Below, piece after piece: positions 47,761 through 61,225 of a DNA stretch of 64,000 bases. The stretch spans positions 745,054,001-745,118,000 of the forward strand of contig NC_091282.1 of assembly GCF_032444005.1 (NCBI RefSeq), given 5' to 3'. How positions within the stretch are numbered: the stretch's first letter is position 1; the number at the start of each line of letters is the position of its first letter. The stretch comes from Ranitomeya imitator. Taxonomy: Eukaryota. The position numbers were made by a program, and so were the translations under genes. Under the pieces are notes generated by a model, which worked only from the letters and a program-made list of their open reading frames with translations, did not search any database and was not told the origin of the DNA.

Positions 47761-48307
47761 CTACAATATTTTTAAGGGCACTTCATCAAAATGCAGAAAA
47801 CCAAATCCCACATTATCAAATGTTAGGGGACAAAGAAGAGATCCCACATACTATATTAAAAACAATATTTTTATTAAGGCCACAAATGACAACAAACAAT
47901 AAAAAGCAATAGTAAAAAAGCAAAATGCAGTCTAGGGGATGCCAGATTTACTTAAATAGGAAAATTTCCCACATGTAATTAATGATCACATAAACTATTT
48001 TATTACCAACCAATTTATATAAAAAGTTCATTTACAGACAAATCTAGTCCATGAAATATCCAAAAAATAACTATACACCGATGTAACCAGGCCCAGTTTC
48101 TAAAGGCAATCTATATTGACAAATATACCCTGTGTTAAATTAACATACAGGGAAATGAAAAATTTCCTATCTGCAATCACTGCATAGTTACCCTAGAGAT
48201 ACATGCCAAAGTTCTTCCCCGGTGTATGGTGATAGTTGAAATAGTATGGTGTAGCTGATATAATGAAAGATAAAGGTTAATAATTACAGACAGTGTGGAT
48301 TATCCTG

Positions 48308-48358
48308 GCGTCCCCTCACCCCGACGCGCGTTTCGTCACCAGCTTCTTCCGGGGACGC
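48308..48358 (-). ncRNA. Variant minimal hammerhead motif in a Penelope-like fragment (~47800-48360)
   Basis: Minus strand reads CCC-CGGAAGA-A-G-CTGGTGA-C-GAAA-CGCGCG-TC-GGGG: palindromic ACGCGCGT helix III, GUC triplet and a U4-to-G change. Confidence 0.55.
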
Positions 48359-48364
48359 AGAGCA

Positions 48365-49141
48365 CCAGACCAGAGGACAGGCAGGGTCCGTCCGGTTTGG
48401 AGGCAAGTCCAGAGTCCCCTTGTCCAGGTGGAGAATAAAAGCCTTCCTTTGCGCTGTAGTGGTGTAGTCCCTTACTGCCTATGGCTTCACATAAGGTCCT
48501 CACAGATGTTATCTCTCTCTCTGTCCCCCGGATAGGATAGGACAGGACAAAACCCGTATGACTGGTGACTTGAGCCTGTTTATAGGATCTCTTAGATGAC
48601 CCGGCTCTATGGGTGTCACCGTGCCTCCTGGGTGTAGGTGCGGATAGGTAACGTGCAATTAGCTGTCCTGCCTGTCTTTGATGTAAGGCGTAGAGGTCCT
48701 CACAACCTCGGTGTTCCGGCTACCGGCGTTTCTGCGCCTCAGAAGGAGTTCCCCTTCTGGTATCCTCTCCTGTGCTTCCTCTCCTGCACGCTCGCTGCAA
48801 ACAATTCTGCTTTCAATGTCTCTTTCTGGGAGCTGCAGCTCTGTGGGCATGCACAGCTCCGTGAGCCTTCTATCCTCCTCAGAAGCCTGTCTGGAACTAG
48901 CTGAGCTCAGCCAGCAACTAACTTCTGTCTGGAACTGACTAACTTTCCCTACAGACTACCATATGTGGGGCGTGACCTAATAAATAGAAGCAAAAGCTCC
49001 CCCTGGTGGTCTGGAGTGTGAAATGTGTTACATGTTTGTGATACCTGGATGCAGTTATCCTTCCTTGCCTCCAAACGTAGCATCACTCTCCCCGAGAGGA
49101 AAGCAGTACCACTGTGACGACCAGGACCCTGGGGCACCACA
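48365..49141 (-). mobile_element. Probable truncated LTR fragment (Gypsy-like)
   Basis: Minus strand begins TGTGGTGCCCCAGGG, with a TATA-like element downstream. No second terminus or TSD found. Confidence 0.4.
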
Positions 49142-49277
49142 CCACCATTAGAAGCAGAGATGGATTACGACTTGGGACAAATGGATCATCATCGGACAGG
49201 TGAGGAATATGGTGTTTGGTTTTTTAAATTTTATACTAATAGGTAAAATAGGTTGTGGAGTGTTTATTTCAAATTAA

Positions 49278-50567
49278 CCCCTTCATGACCAGGGGATTTT
49301 TCGTTTTTCCGTGTTCGTTTTTCGCTCCCCTCCTTCCCAGAGCCATAACTTTTTTATTTTTCCGTCAATTTGGCCATGTGAGGGCTTATTTTTTGCGGGA
49401 CGAGTTGTACTTTTGAACGACATCATTGGTTTTAGCATGTCGTGTACTAGAAAACGGGAAAAAAATTCCAAGTGCGGTGAAATTGCAAAAAAAGTGCAAT
49501 CCCACATTGGTTTTTTGTTTGGCTTTTTTGCTAGGTTCACTAAATGCTAAAAATGACCTGCCATTATGATTCTCCAGGTCATTACGAGTTCATAGACACC
49601 AAACATGACTAGGTTATTTTTTATCTAAGTGGTGAAAAAAAATTCCAAACTTTGCTAAAAAAAAAAAAAAAAAAAATTGCGCCATTTTCCGATACTCGTA
49701 GCGTCTCCATTTTTCGTGATCTGGGGTCGGTTGAGGGCTTATTTTTTGCGTGCCGAGATGACGTTTTCAATGATAGCATTTTGGTGCAGATATGTTCTTT
49801 TGATCGCCCGTTATTGCATTTTAATGCAATGTCGCGGCGACCAAAAAAACGTAATTCTGGCGTTTCGAGTTTTTTTCCCGCTACGCTGTTTAGCGATCAG
49901 GTTAATACATTTTTTTTTTTATTTGATAGATCGGGCAATTCTGAGCGCGGCGATACCAAATATGCGTAGATTTGATATTTTTTTTATTGATTTATTTTGA
50001 TTGGGGCGAAAGGGGGGTGATTTAAACTTTTATGTTTTTTTTTATTTTTTTCACATTTTTTTAAACTTTTTTTTTTAACTTTTGCCATGCTTCAATAGCC
50101 TCCATGGGAGGCTAGAAGCAGGGACAGCACGATCGGCTCTGCTACATAGCAGCGATCTGCTGATCGCTGCTATGTAGCAGTATTGCACGTGTGCTGTGAG
50201 CGCCGACCACAGGGTGGCGCTCACAGCGACGGGCAATCAGTAACCATAGAGGTCTCAAGGACCTCTATGGCTACAATGGAGACGCATCGCCGACCCCCGG
50301 ACATGTGACGGGGGTCGGCGATGACGTCATTTCCGGCCGCCCGGCCGGAAGCGGTAGTTAAATGCCGCTGTCTGCGTTTGACAGCGGCATTTAACTAGTT
50401 AATAGGTGCGGGCAGATCGCGATTCTGCCCGCGCCTATTACGGGCACATGTCAGCTGTTCAAAACAGCTGACATGTCCCGGCTTTGGTGCGGGCTCACCG
50501 CGGAGCCCTGCATCAAAGCAGGGGAGCCGGCATCGGACGGTATAGTACGTCCGATGCCGGTAAGGGG
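49278..50567 (+). mobile_element. Non-autonomous TTAA (piggyBac-type) element
   Basis: Ends TTAA|CCCCTTCATGACC and GCCGGTAAGGGG|TTAA. Confidence 0.85.
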
Positions 50568-51859
50568 TTAAAGAGTCTGCGTCTTTCTTTCAATTAAAGG
50601 ACTTTATGCTGGCTGTGTATTTTTTACAATATGACTATGGGATTAGTAATGGGTGTGTCTTAGACACCTTTCCATTACTAACCCCTGGGATGGATATCAG
50701 TGGCCATAAAACAGCAGACATCAACCCCAACCATTACCCATCTTGCCACCGCACCAGGGCAAGTGGGAAGAGCGAGACTAAGCACCAGATGTGCTGCATT
50801 TAATGGATGCGCCATTTCTGGGTGGCTGAGGACTGATGTTATTATCCTGGGAGGGTGACAATATTCCTGACCCCTACCCAGGCTATTCATATCAGCCCAC
50901 AACTGTCTGCCTAGCCTTTGCTGGTTTGAATTTATAGGACCCTATGTAACTTTTTTTCACCTCGGAGGGCCCCCTGAAAACTAACCAGTAAAGGCTAAGC
51001 AAACAGCTATGATTGTAATTGATAAGTGATGACTGTAATTAATAGCCTGGGAACATTTAGGGCTAATGGCAGAGTGTTACAGAGCAGGAAGAGCTGAGCA
51101 TATTGAAATACATCTACGTGGGAAATGTTTCCGTAAAATATATATTCAATTTATTATGCATTGCTTATATAGCGCTATCATATTCCACAGTGCTTTACAT
51201 ATACTAGTGAATGCCTGGTGTCTATGGATATGAGTCCAGTGGGTGGTCCTTTCTACTGATTGACAGTCTGCCCTCCTAGGACTGTATGCAGAGATAGCTG
51301 TCAATCACTAGTAAGACCGCCCCTGGACTCATACATATCATGCCGCCCACAGATCGACCTACATCGTACTAAGAAAAAAAAAGGGCTTTTGAATTGATAT
51401 GCAAATGAGGCCAAAGGGCTATGGTAGATCTGAAGCTTTGGTCACTCCAGCTCTGCTCCTCACTGTCCCCTCCTCCTCCTAACAGCCTCTATGCTGTGAC
51501 TTCAGGCAACTGATCAGTCAGTCCAGCAGGAGGAAGCAGCGCTGGATTGGTAATAGAGCTGGAGTGACAGACGCTTCAGATCTACCATAGCACTTCAGCC
51601 TCTGGGACCGCTCACTTGAGGTTTTTTAACAAAAGTCACTTTTGCTCTCTGAATAATGTGCGACTATCAAGACCAACATCCAACTTGGAAAAAAAAAAGA
51701 TGTTAAATATGTATGGCTTAAAAACAAAGAGAATAGATTTTTTTTTCCCCCAAACAAAAAATAAATCCTGAAACCTGTAAGGAAACATATTATACGCCCC
51801 AGTCCGCACACCCCGCCGGTTCTGCGCTGCCGGCATGCGCTGTCAGCTCTTATAGCGCG

Positions 51860-52308
51860 CCTCTGACGTCATCGTGACGTCAACTCACCCGCCCTTCGTT
51901 CTCATTGGTTATCCGAGTTGCGCAATCCGATTATCACCTTGTCTCCTCCCCTGTGACCAATCAGAAAATGGTTGCTGTGCAGCCCTAGCCGCCGTAAGCC
52001 AATCAGAGGCGACGCACCTGACAAGGGCCGTCAATCAGCTGGGTATCCTTCACGCACTTTCTGTGCCTGGTGTTGGCGGCGGATGCTGCTCACGCTGGAG
52101 GGGAGCTCGGGGTGGGGGGCAGCATGCCGTGAGCCCGGCGGCTGCGGGGAGCACGTAGGACGTGACCGGAGCCGGTGCCCTCGGTCCTAGAACCTGTCGC
52201 CTCATGGTTAAGGTGACTGGAAGACGACGTCGAGGCGGAGGAGGCGGGCAGCGGCGCAGTCACAGACGGGAGACCGGGGAGGAAGTGTCCGCAGCCGCCG
52301 TGTGTCAG
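51860..52308 (+). promoter_or_regulatory. CpG-island promoter and non-coding exon 1 of the SERTA paralogue
   Basis: Tandem TGACGTCA at 51864 and 51875, CCAAT boxes at ~51905, ~51956 and ~51999, and a consensus donor CAG|GTGAGT at 52308/52309. Confidence 0.72.
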
Positions 52309-52734
52309 GTGAGTGCTCCCTGCGCCACCGGGCGCCTCTTGTAAAGTCTGACGTCACGCAATGACATCACAGCCGCCCGCTTTAACCCTTACATAACCGG
52401 GCCTTTTTCTTTCTTTACTTTTTATTATTTTCCCGTGGACGATGCGGTCCTTGTGCTCGCTGTTTGCGGTCAGTGTTCCCTCAGTATGAGGCCGGGTGTT
52501 TTACCATATAACTTACTACATGCAGGAAGAAAAATCCTGGTGCGATGAAAACGTGAAATAAATGCAATTCCGCCATTGGTTTCTGGGTTGTATCTCCGGC
52601 ACTTGTTCCATGGTAGGTAATGACCCCCTAAAGGCGATTCTCGGGGTCAGTACCGTTATACTTCTGCTTGGCGCCCTTTTTTTATTTATTTTTTTTTAGG
52701 CCGGTGACTTTTTAATATGATTTTTCTGCTTTAA

Positions 52735-55700
52735 CCCCTTCATGACCCAGCCTATTTTGACCTCAAAGACCTTGCCGTTTTTTGCAATTCTGACCAGTGT
52801 CCCTTTATGAGGTAATAACTCAGGAACGCATCAACGGATCCTAGCGGTTCTGAGATTGTTTTTTCATGACATATTGGGCTTCATGTTAGTGGCAAATTTA
52901 GGTCAATAAATTCTGCGTTTATTTGTGATAAAAACGGAAATTTGGCGAAAATTTTGAAAATTTCGCAATTTTCACATTTTGAATTTTTATTCTGTTAAAC
53001 CAGAGAGATATGTGACACAAAATAGTTAATAAATAACATTTCCCACATGTATACTTTACATCAGCACAATTTTGGAAACAAAATTTTTTTTGTTAGGGAG
53101 TTGTAAGGGACCACCTCACATTTGAAGTCAGTTTGAGGGGTCTATATGGCTGAAAATACCCAAAAGTGACACCATTCTAAAAACTGCACCCCTCAAGGTA
53201 CTCAAAACCACATTCAAGAAGTTTATTAACCCTTCAGGTACTTCACAGCAGCAGAAGCAACATGGAAGGGGAAAAATGAACATTTAACTTTTTAGTCACA
53301 AAAATTATCTTTTAGCAACAATTTTTTTATTTTCCCAATGGTAAAAGGAGAAACTGAACCACGAAAGTTGTTGTCCAATTTGTCCTGAGTACGCTGATAC
53401 CTCATATGTGGGGGTAAACCACTGTTTGGGCGCAGGGCTTGGAAGGGAAGGAGCGCCATTTGACTTTTTGAATGAAAAATTGGCTGCACTCTTTAGCGGA
53501 CACCATGTCACGTTTGGAGAGCTCCTGTGTGCCTAAACATTGGCGCTCCCCTACAAGTGACCCCATTTTGGAAACTAGACCCCCCAAGGAACTTATTTAG
53601 ATGCCTAGTGAGCACTTTAAACCCTCAGGTGCTTCACAAATTGATCTGTAAAAATGAAAAAGTACTTTTTTTTCACAAAAAAATTCTTTTCGCCTCAATT
53701 TTTTCATTTTCACATGGGCAGTAGGATAAAATGGATCATAAAATTTGTTGGGCAATTTCTCGCGAGTACGCCGATACCTCATATGTGGGGGTAAACCACT
53801 GTTTGGGCACACGGCAGGGCTCGGAATGGAAGGCGCGCCATTTGACTTTTTGAATGGAAAATTAGCTCCAATTGTTAGCGGACACCATGTCACGTTTGGA
53901 GAGCCCCTGTGTGCCTATGCATTGGAGCTCCCCCACAAGTGACCCCATTTTGGAAACTAGACCCCCCAAGGAACTTATCTAGATGCATATTGAGCACTTT
54001 AAACCCCCAGGTGCTTCACAGAAGTTTATAACGCAGAGCCATGAAAATAAAAAATAATTCCAGTTTGTCCTGAGTACGCTGATACCCCATATGTGGGGGT
54101 AAACCACTGTTTGGGCGCACGGCAGGGCTCGGAAGGGATGGCACGCCATTTGGCATTTTAAATGGAAAATTAGCTCCAATCATTAGCGGACACCATGTCA
54201 CGTTTGGAGAGCCCCTGTGTGCCTAAACATTGGAGATCCCCCAGAAATGACCCCATTTTGGAAACTAGACCCCCAAAGGAACTAATCTAGATGTGTGGTG
54301 AGGACTTTGAACCCCCAAGTGCTTCACAGAAGTTTATAACGCAGAGCCATGAAAATAAAAAAAAAAAAATTTTCTCAAAAATGATCTTTTAGCCTGCAAT
54401 TTTTTATTTTACAAAGGGTAACAGGAGAAATTGGATCGCAAAAGTTGTTGTCCAGTTTCTCCTGAGTTCACTGATACCCCATATGTGGGGGTAAACCACT
54501 GTTTGGGCACATGCCGAGGCTCGGAAGTGAAGTAGTGACGTTTTGAAATGCAGACTTTGATGGAATGCTCTGTGGGCGTCACGTTGCGTTTGCAGAGCCC
54601 CTGATGTGGCTTAACAGTAGAAACCCCCCACAAGTGACCCCATTTTGGAAACTAGACCCCGAAAGGAACTTATCTAGATGTGTGGTGAGCACTTTGAACC
54701 CCCAAGTGCTTCATAGAAGTTTATAATGCAGAGCCGTGAAAATAAAAAATCATTTTTCTTTCCTCAAAAATGATGTTTTAGCAAGCATTTCTTTATTTTC
54801 ACAAGGGTAACAGGAGAAATTGGACCCCAGTAATTGTTGCGCAGTTTGTCCTGAGTATGCTGGTACCCCATATGTGGGGGTAAACCACTGTTTGGGTGCA
54901 CGTCGGGGCTCGGAAGTGAGGGAGCACCATTTGACTTTTTGAATACAAGATTGGCTGGAATCAATGGTGGCGCCATGTTGCGTTTGGAGACCCCCTGATG
55001 TGCCTAAACAGTGGATACCCCTCAATTCTAACTCCAACACACCCCTAACCCTTATCCCAACTGTAGCCGTAACCCTAATCGTAACCCTAATCACAACCCT
55101 AACCCCAACACACCCCTAACCCTAACCACAACCCTAATTCCAACCCAACCCTAGCCCTAAGGCTATGTGCCAACGTTGCGGATTCGTATGAGATTTTTCA
55201 GCACCATTTTTGAAAAATCCGCGGGTAAAAGGCACTGCGTTTTACCTGTGGATTTACCACGGATTGCCAGTGTTTTTTGTCCGGATTTCACCTGCGGATT
55301 CCTATTGAGGAACAGGTGTAAAACGCTGCGGAATCCGCACAAAGAATTGACATGCTGCGGAAAATACAACGCAGCGTTCCCGCGCGGTATTTTCCGCACC
55401 ATGGGCACAGCGGATTTGGCTTTCCATATGTTTACATGGTACTGTAAACCTGATGGAACACTGCTGCGGATCCGCAGCCAAATCCGCACCGTGTGCACAT
55501 AGCCTAATTCTAAAGGTATGTGCACACGCTGCGGAAAACGCTGCGGATCCGCAGCAGTTTCCCATGAGTTTACAGTTCAATGCAAACCTATGAAAAACAA
55601 AAATCGCTGTACACATGCTGCAGAAAAACTGCACGGAAACGCAGCGGTTTACATTCCGCAGCATGTCACTTCTTTCTGCGGATTCCGCAGCGGTTTTTTC

Positions 55701-56735
55701 AACTGCTCAAATAGAAAATCGCTGTTGTAAAACCGCATTGAAATGCGCAGAAAAAACATGGTAAATCCGCAGCGGTTTAGCACTGCGGATTTATCAAATC
55801 CTCTGCGGAAAAATCCGCAGAGGACCAGAATGTGTGCACATTCCTACCCCTAACCCTACCCCTAACCCTAGTTCTTACCCCAACCTTAGTGGAAAAAAAA
55901 AATTGTTGTTTTTTTTTATTGTCCCTACCTATGGGGGTGACAAAGGGGGGGGGGTCATTTACTATTTTTTTTTTTTTATTTTGATCACTGAGAGGTTATA
56001 TCTCAGTGATCAAAATTCACTCTGGAACGAATCTGCCGGCCGGCAGATTCGGCGGGCGCACTGCACATGCGCCCGCCATTTTGGAAGATGGCGGCGCCCA
56101 GGAAAGAAGACGGACGGTCCCCGGGAGGCCAGGTAAGTATAAGGGGGGGGGAGATCAGGGCACGGGGGGGGGGGCGTCGGAGCACCGGGGGGGTGGATTG
56201 GAGCACGGAGTGGGGGATCGCTGTGCGGGCGGGTGGATCGGAGCACGGGGGGGGATCGCTGTGCGGGGGTGGGATCGGAGTGCGGGGGGGTTTGTTTGGA
56301 GCACGGGGGGAGCGGGCAGGAGGACGGGGGAGCGGAGCACAGGACCGAGGGGAGCGGACCACAGATCGGGGGGCGATCGGAGGGGTGGGGTGGGTGCACA
56401 TTAGTGTGTCCAGCCATGGCCGATGATATTGCAGCATCGGCCATGGCTGGATTGTAATATTTCACCATTTTTTTAGGTGAAATATTACAAATCGCTCTGA
56501 TTGGCAGTTTCACTTTCAACAGCCAATCAGAGCGATCGTAGCCACGAGGGGGTGAAGCCACCCCCCCTGGGCTAAACTACCACTCCCCCTGTCCCTGCAG
56601 ATCGGGTGAAATGGGAGTTAACCCTTTCACCCGGCCTGCAGGGACGCGATCTTTCCATGACGCATATGCTGCGTCATGGGTCGGAATGGCACCGACTTTC
56701 ATGACGCAGCGTATGCGTCAAAGGTCGGGAAGGGG
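52735..56735 (+). mobile_element. 4-kb non-autonomous TTAA (piggyBac-type) element with internal ~0.4-kb repeats, a telomere-like tract and nested MITEs
   Basis: Ends TTAA|CCCCTTCATGACC and GGTCGGGAAGGGG|TTAA. Nested MITEs at 55161-55504 (TAA TSD) and ~55514-55845. Confidence 0.85.
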
Positions 56736-57027
56736 TTAAACTTGGGAGTACCAAGATGGTGGCAACTTTTATGACAGGCCACTGACTCCCCAAAATCTTG
56801 TCGTGGTGGGAGGACTACCCAAGTGATTGAGGCTTAAACGGACAATGCCGCTGTCAGGAGCGATCAGAGCCAGGTGATGCCGGCTGTGGGACCCAGTCGG
56901 CATCTGCCAGTATGTTTTTTGCCTCTGTTCCCACTCCATACACCTGCACCCAGGTACGGACTGGTTTCAGTCCTGGCATCTGAAATCATGCAGACCCATG
57001 CTGTCCCCATGGGATATATTACTAATA

Positions 57028-60000
57028 CTAGCTGAAGAGCCCGGCATTGCCTGGGCATAGTAAATATCTGTGGTTAGTTATAGCACCTCACGCCTCTTAT
57101 TTTCCCCCCAAAACACGCCTCATTTCGACCTCACATCTGTCATTTTCTGATCACTCCACTATTTTCCCTCACTCTCATTTTGCACTCACACCTCTCGTTT
57201 TCCCCTCAGTGTATATACATGTTTGTCATCTCCCTTATATCTATAATATAACGCTGGGAGCGTCACTCTGTCCGAAGCCTTTATAGACTGCGCAAGCGCC
57301 GACGCAGTCTGGCCCCCACAGAGTGACGCTCCCAGGAGATCGCGGTATGCGTAAACACTGAACGCACACCGTGATCTCCACCGGAGAGGCAGGGACCATG
57401 GACGCGCCAGGAGGGTGAGTATTATATTCACCTGTCCCCCGTTCCAGCGCTGCGTGCGGCTCCGTGTCCCGGTCCTCTGCTGTGACGTTCAGTTCAGAGG
57501 GCGCGATGACGCACATAATACGCGCCGGCGCCGCCCTCTGACTGAACAGTCACAGCCAGAGGAGCCGGAACACGGAGCGGACGCAGCGCTGGAATGGGGG
57601 ACAGGTGAATATAGCAAGTGCTGGGGGGCCTGAGCTGGCGGCGATAGCGGCACCTGACCCCCACAGCGCGCCGGTGTCCCCGCCTGCTCAGGCCCCCCAG
57701 CGACGATGGGTGAGTATGGTATTTTTTTTTTTTCTATATCGCTGCAGTATACGGGGGCATATACTATGGAGCATCTTATGGGGCCATCAACCATAATGGA
57801 GCAGTGTACAGGGCATATACTATGGAGCATCTTATGGGGGCCATAAACCATAATGGAGCAGTGTACGGGGGCATACACTATGGAGCATCTTATGGGGGCC
57901 ATAAACCATAATGGAGCAGTGTACGGGGGCTTACACTATGGAGCATCTTATGGGGGCTATATATATATATTTGTCTAAGGGTTTTTCTGTCTGTCTGTCC
58001 TGGAAATCCCGCGTCTCTGATTGGTCGAGGCCTGGCGGCCTTGACCAATCAGCGACGGGCACAGCGACGATGATGTCATAAAGGACATAGACATCCTGCG
58101 TCTGATTGGTCGAGGCCACAAGGCCTCGACCAATCAGCAACAGGCACAGTATCAACGTAGATGTCATAATGGTTGCCATGGCGACGATGATGTCATAAAG
58201 GTTGCCTCGACCAATCAGCGACGGGCACAGTCTGCCACGAATTCTGGAATCATCATTGTCCATATACTACGGGGACATGCATATTCTAGAATACCCGATG
58301 CGTTAGAATCGGGCCACAATCTAGTATATATATAATTGTCTAAGGGTTTTTCCGTCTGTCTGTCCTGGAAATCCCGCGTCTCTGATTGGTCGAGGCCTGG
58401 CGGCCTCGACCAAATCAGCAACGGGCACAGCGACGATGTCATAAAGGATGTAGAAATCCCATGTTTCTGATTCAGCGACGGGCACAGTATCGACGTAGAT
58501 GTCATAATGGTTGCCATGGCGACGATGATGTCATAAAGGTTGCCTCAACCAATCAGCGACGGGCACAGTCTGCCGCGAATTCTGGAATCATAATTGTCCA
58601 TATACTACGGGGACATGCATATTCTAGAATACCCGATGCGTTAGAATCGTGCCACAGTCTAGTAAACCATAATGGAGCAGTGTATGGGGGCATACACTAT
58701 GGAGCATCTTATGGGGGCCATAAACCATAATGGAGTAGTGTACGGGGGCATGTACAATGGAGCATCTTATGGGGGCCATAAACTATAATGGAGCAGTGTA
58801 CAGGGGCATACACTATGGAGCATCTTATGGGGGCCATAAACCATAATGGAGCAGTGTACGGGGGCATACACTATGGAGCATCTTATGGGGGCCATCAACC
58901 ATAATGGAGCAGTGTACGAGGGCATATACTATGGAGCATCTTATGGGGGCCATCAACCATAATGGAGCAGTGTACGGGGGCATATGCTATGGATCATCTT
59001 ATGGGGGCCATCAACCATAATGGAGCAGTGTACGGTGGCATACACTATGGAGCATCTTATGGGGGCCATAAACCTTTATGGAGCACTGTACGGGGCATAC
59101 ACTATGGAGCATCTTATGGGGGCCATCAACCATAATGGAGCAGTGTACGGGGGCATATACTATGGAGCATCTTATGGGGGCCATAAACCTTTATGGAGCA
59201 GTGTACGGGGGCATACACTATGGAGCATCTTATGGGGGCCATAAACCTTTATGGAGCAGTGTACGGGGCATATGGATGGGAGAAGCAAATTAAAGAATGG
59301 TGGCGCAGGATGGGAGCAGCACATGACAGAACAGGGGCGCAGGATGGGTGCAACACATGACAGGATGGGGGCGCAGGATGGGCGCAGCACATGGCAGGAT
59401 GGGGACGCAGGATGGGAGCAGCACATACCAGGATGGAGACCATATACCAATATAAATACTCGCCACCCGGGCGTAGAACGGGTTCAATAGCTAGTATAGT
59501 ATACACCTGTATGACATCTCCTGTATATAGTATACCTGTGTGTCATATCCCCTGTATATAGTATATACCTGTAAGTCATCTCCTCTAGTATATACCTGTA
59601 AGTCATCTCCTCCTGTGTATAGTATATACCTGTGTCATCTCCTCCTGTATATAGTATATACCTGTCATCTCCTCCTGTATATAGTATGTACCTGTATGTC
59701 ATTTCTCCTGTGTATAGAATATATCTGTGTCATCTCCCCTGTATATAGTATATACCTGTGTGTCATCTCCCCTGTATTAGACCTCGTTCACACGTTATTT
59801 GCTCGGTATTTTTACCTCAGTATTTGTAAGATAAATTGGCAGCCTGATAAATCCCCAGCCAACAGGAAGCCCTCCCCCTGGCAGTATATATTAGCTCACA
59901 CATACACATAACAGACAGGTCATGTGACTGACAGCTGCCGTATTTCCTACATGGTACACTTGTTGCTCTTGTTGTTTGTCTGCTTATTAATCAGATTTTT

Positions 60001-61225
60001 GTTTTTGAAGGATAATACCAGACTTGCGTGGGTTTTTAGGGCGAGTTTCATGTGTCAAGTTGTGTGTGTTGAGTTGCATGTGGCGACATGCGTGTAGCAA
60101 CTTTCTTCTGTGTGTCGAGTTGCATGTGACAGGTTTCTCTCTCTCCTCTCCAGCGATGCTCCTCACGACACTCCGTTCCCAGTTATGCCTTGTGGCAATA
60201 ACCCGTGATGATGTAGCGGTCTCACAAGACCGCTACGTCATCTGTGGTCATTGCCACAATGCATTCTTTGGGCCGGTGAGTCACGGGAAAGGCGGACGCC
60301 AGAAGGTGAGAATATAATGATTTTTATTTTCTAATTTTTAAAATTATATGTTTTTACTATTGATACTGCATACGAAGCATCAATAGTAAAAAAGTTGGTC
60401 ATACTTGGTGTTAATGGCAGCGTTAACGGACTGCTAAAACGCTATGTGGGCGCTGACTGGAGGGGAGTAAGGAGGGGCCAATTCGCGGCCGGACTGTTCC
60501 TGTCGCTGATTGGTCGTGGCCGGCTGGGCGCGACCAATCAGCGACACGGGATTTCCGTAACAGACGGAAGTGGACCTTAGACAATTATATAGTATATGAG
60601 AGATATATAGATATACTAGATGGTGGCCAGATTCTAACGCATCGGGTATTCTAGAATATGTATGCGTAGTGTATAGCACAGCCCACGCAGTACATTTCGC
60701 AGCCCACGTACATTGTTCAGCCCGCGTAGTGTATTGCCCAGCCCGCATAGGCAGCATGAATAGTAAAAAAATTGGTCACACAGGGTTAATAGCAGTGTTA
60801 ACCGAGTGCGTTACACCGCCGTTAACGCTGCCATTAACCCTGTGTGAGCGCTGACCGGAGGAGAGTATGCGGGCGCCGGGCACTGACTGCGGGGAGGAAG
60901 GAGCGGCCATTTCCTTCCAGACTGTGCCCGTCGCTGATTGGTCATGGCTGTTCTGCCGTGACCAGTCAGCAACTTGGATTTCCATGACAGACAGAGGCCG
61001 CGACCAATGAGTATCTGTGACAGACAGACGGAAGTGACTCTTAGACAATTATATAGTAGATAGAGAGATATATCTATCTCCGTATGTATGCATTGTCTCT
61101 ACTATATAATTGTCTAAGGTCCACTTCCGTCTGTCTGTCTTCCTTTTTGCCTTTTTGCCACGACCGATCAGTGACGGGCACAGTCCTGCGGCAAAATGGC
61201 CGCTCCTTACTCCCCGCAGTCAGTG
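57028..61225. mobile_element. Nest of non-autonomous Helitron-like elements
   Basis: Hairpin-plus-CTAG 3' ends at 57028 (-), 58324 (+), 58662 (+), 59494 (+) and 60616 (-). TC/TATA-rich 5' ends at 57240 (+), ~57958 (+), ~60600 (-), 61060 (-) and 61098 (+). No RepHel ORF, so the call rests on termini only. Confidence 0.7.
57745..59270. repeat. ~57-58-bp minisatellite inside a Helitron-like element, split at 57958-58662
   Basis: Unit ATGGAGCAGTGTACGGGGGCATACACTATGGAGCATCTTATGGGGGCCATAAACCATA. Confidence 0.9.

Noticed and set aside
19094-50567. Two TTAA elements both exactly 1290 bp (19094-20383 and 49278-50567)
   Set aside because: Different TIRs and internal sequences; the equal length is a coincidence.
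53380-55000. ~0.4-kb tandem units resembling a satellite
   Set aside because: Internal repeats of the TTAA element family, also present reversed at 43800-47500.
56003-56561. Overlapping Pro/Gly-rich ORFs of 120-183 aa
   Set aside because: Low-complexity G/C-run repeats inside a non-autonomous element.
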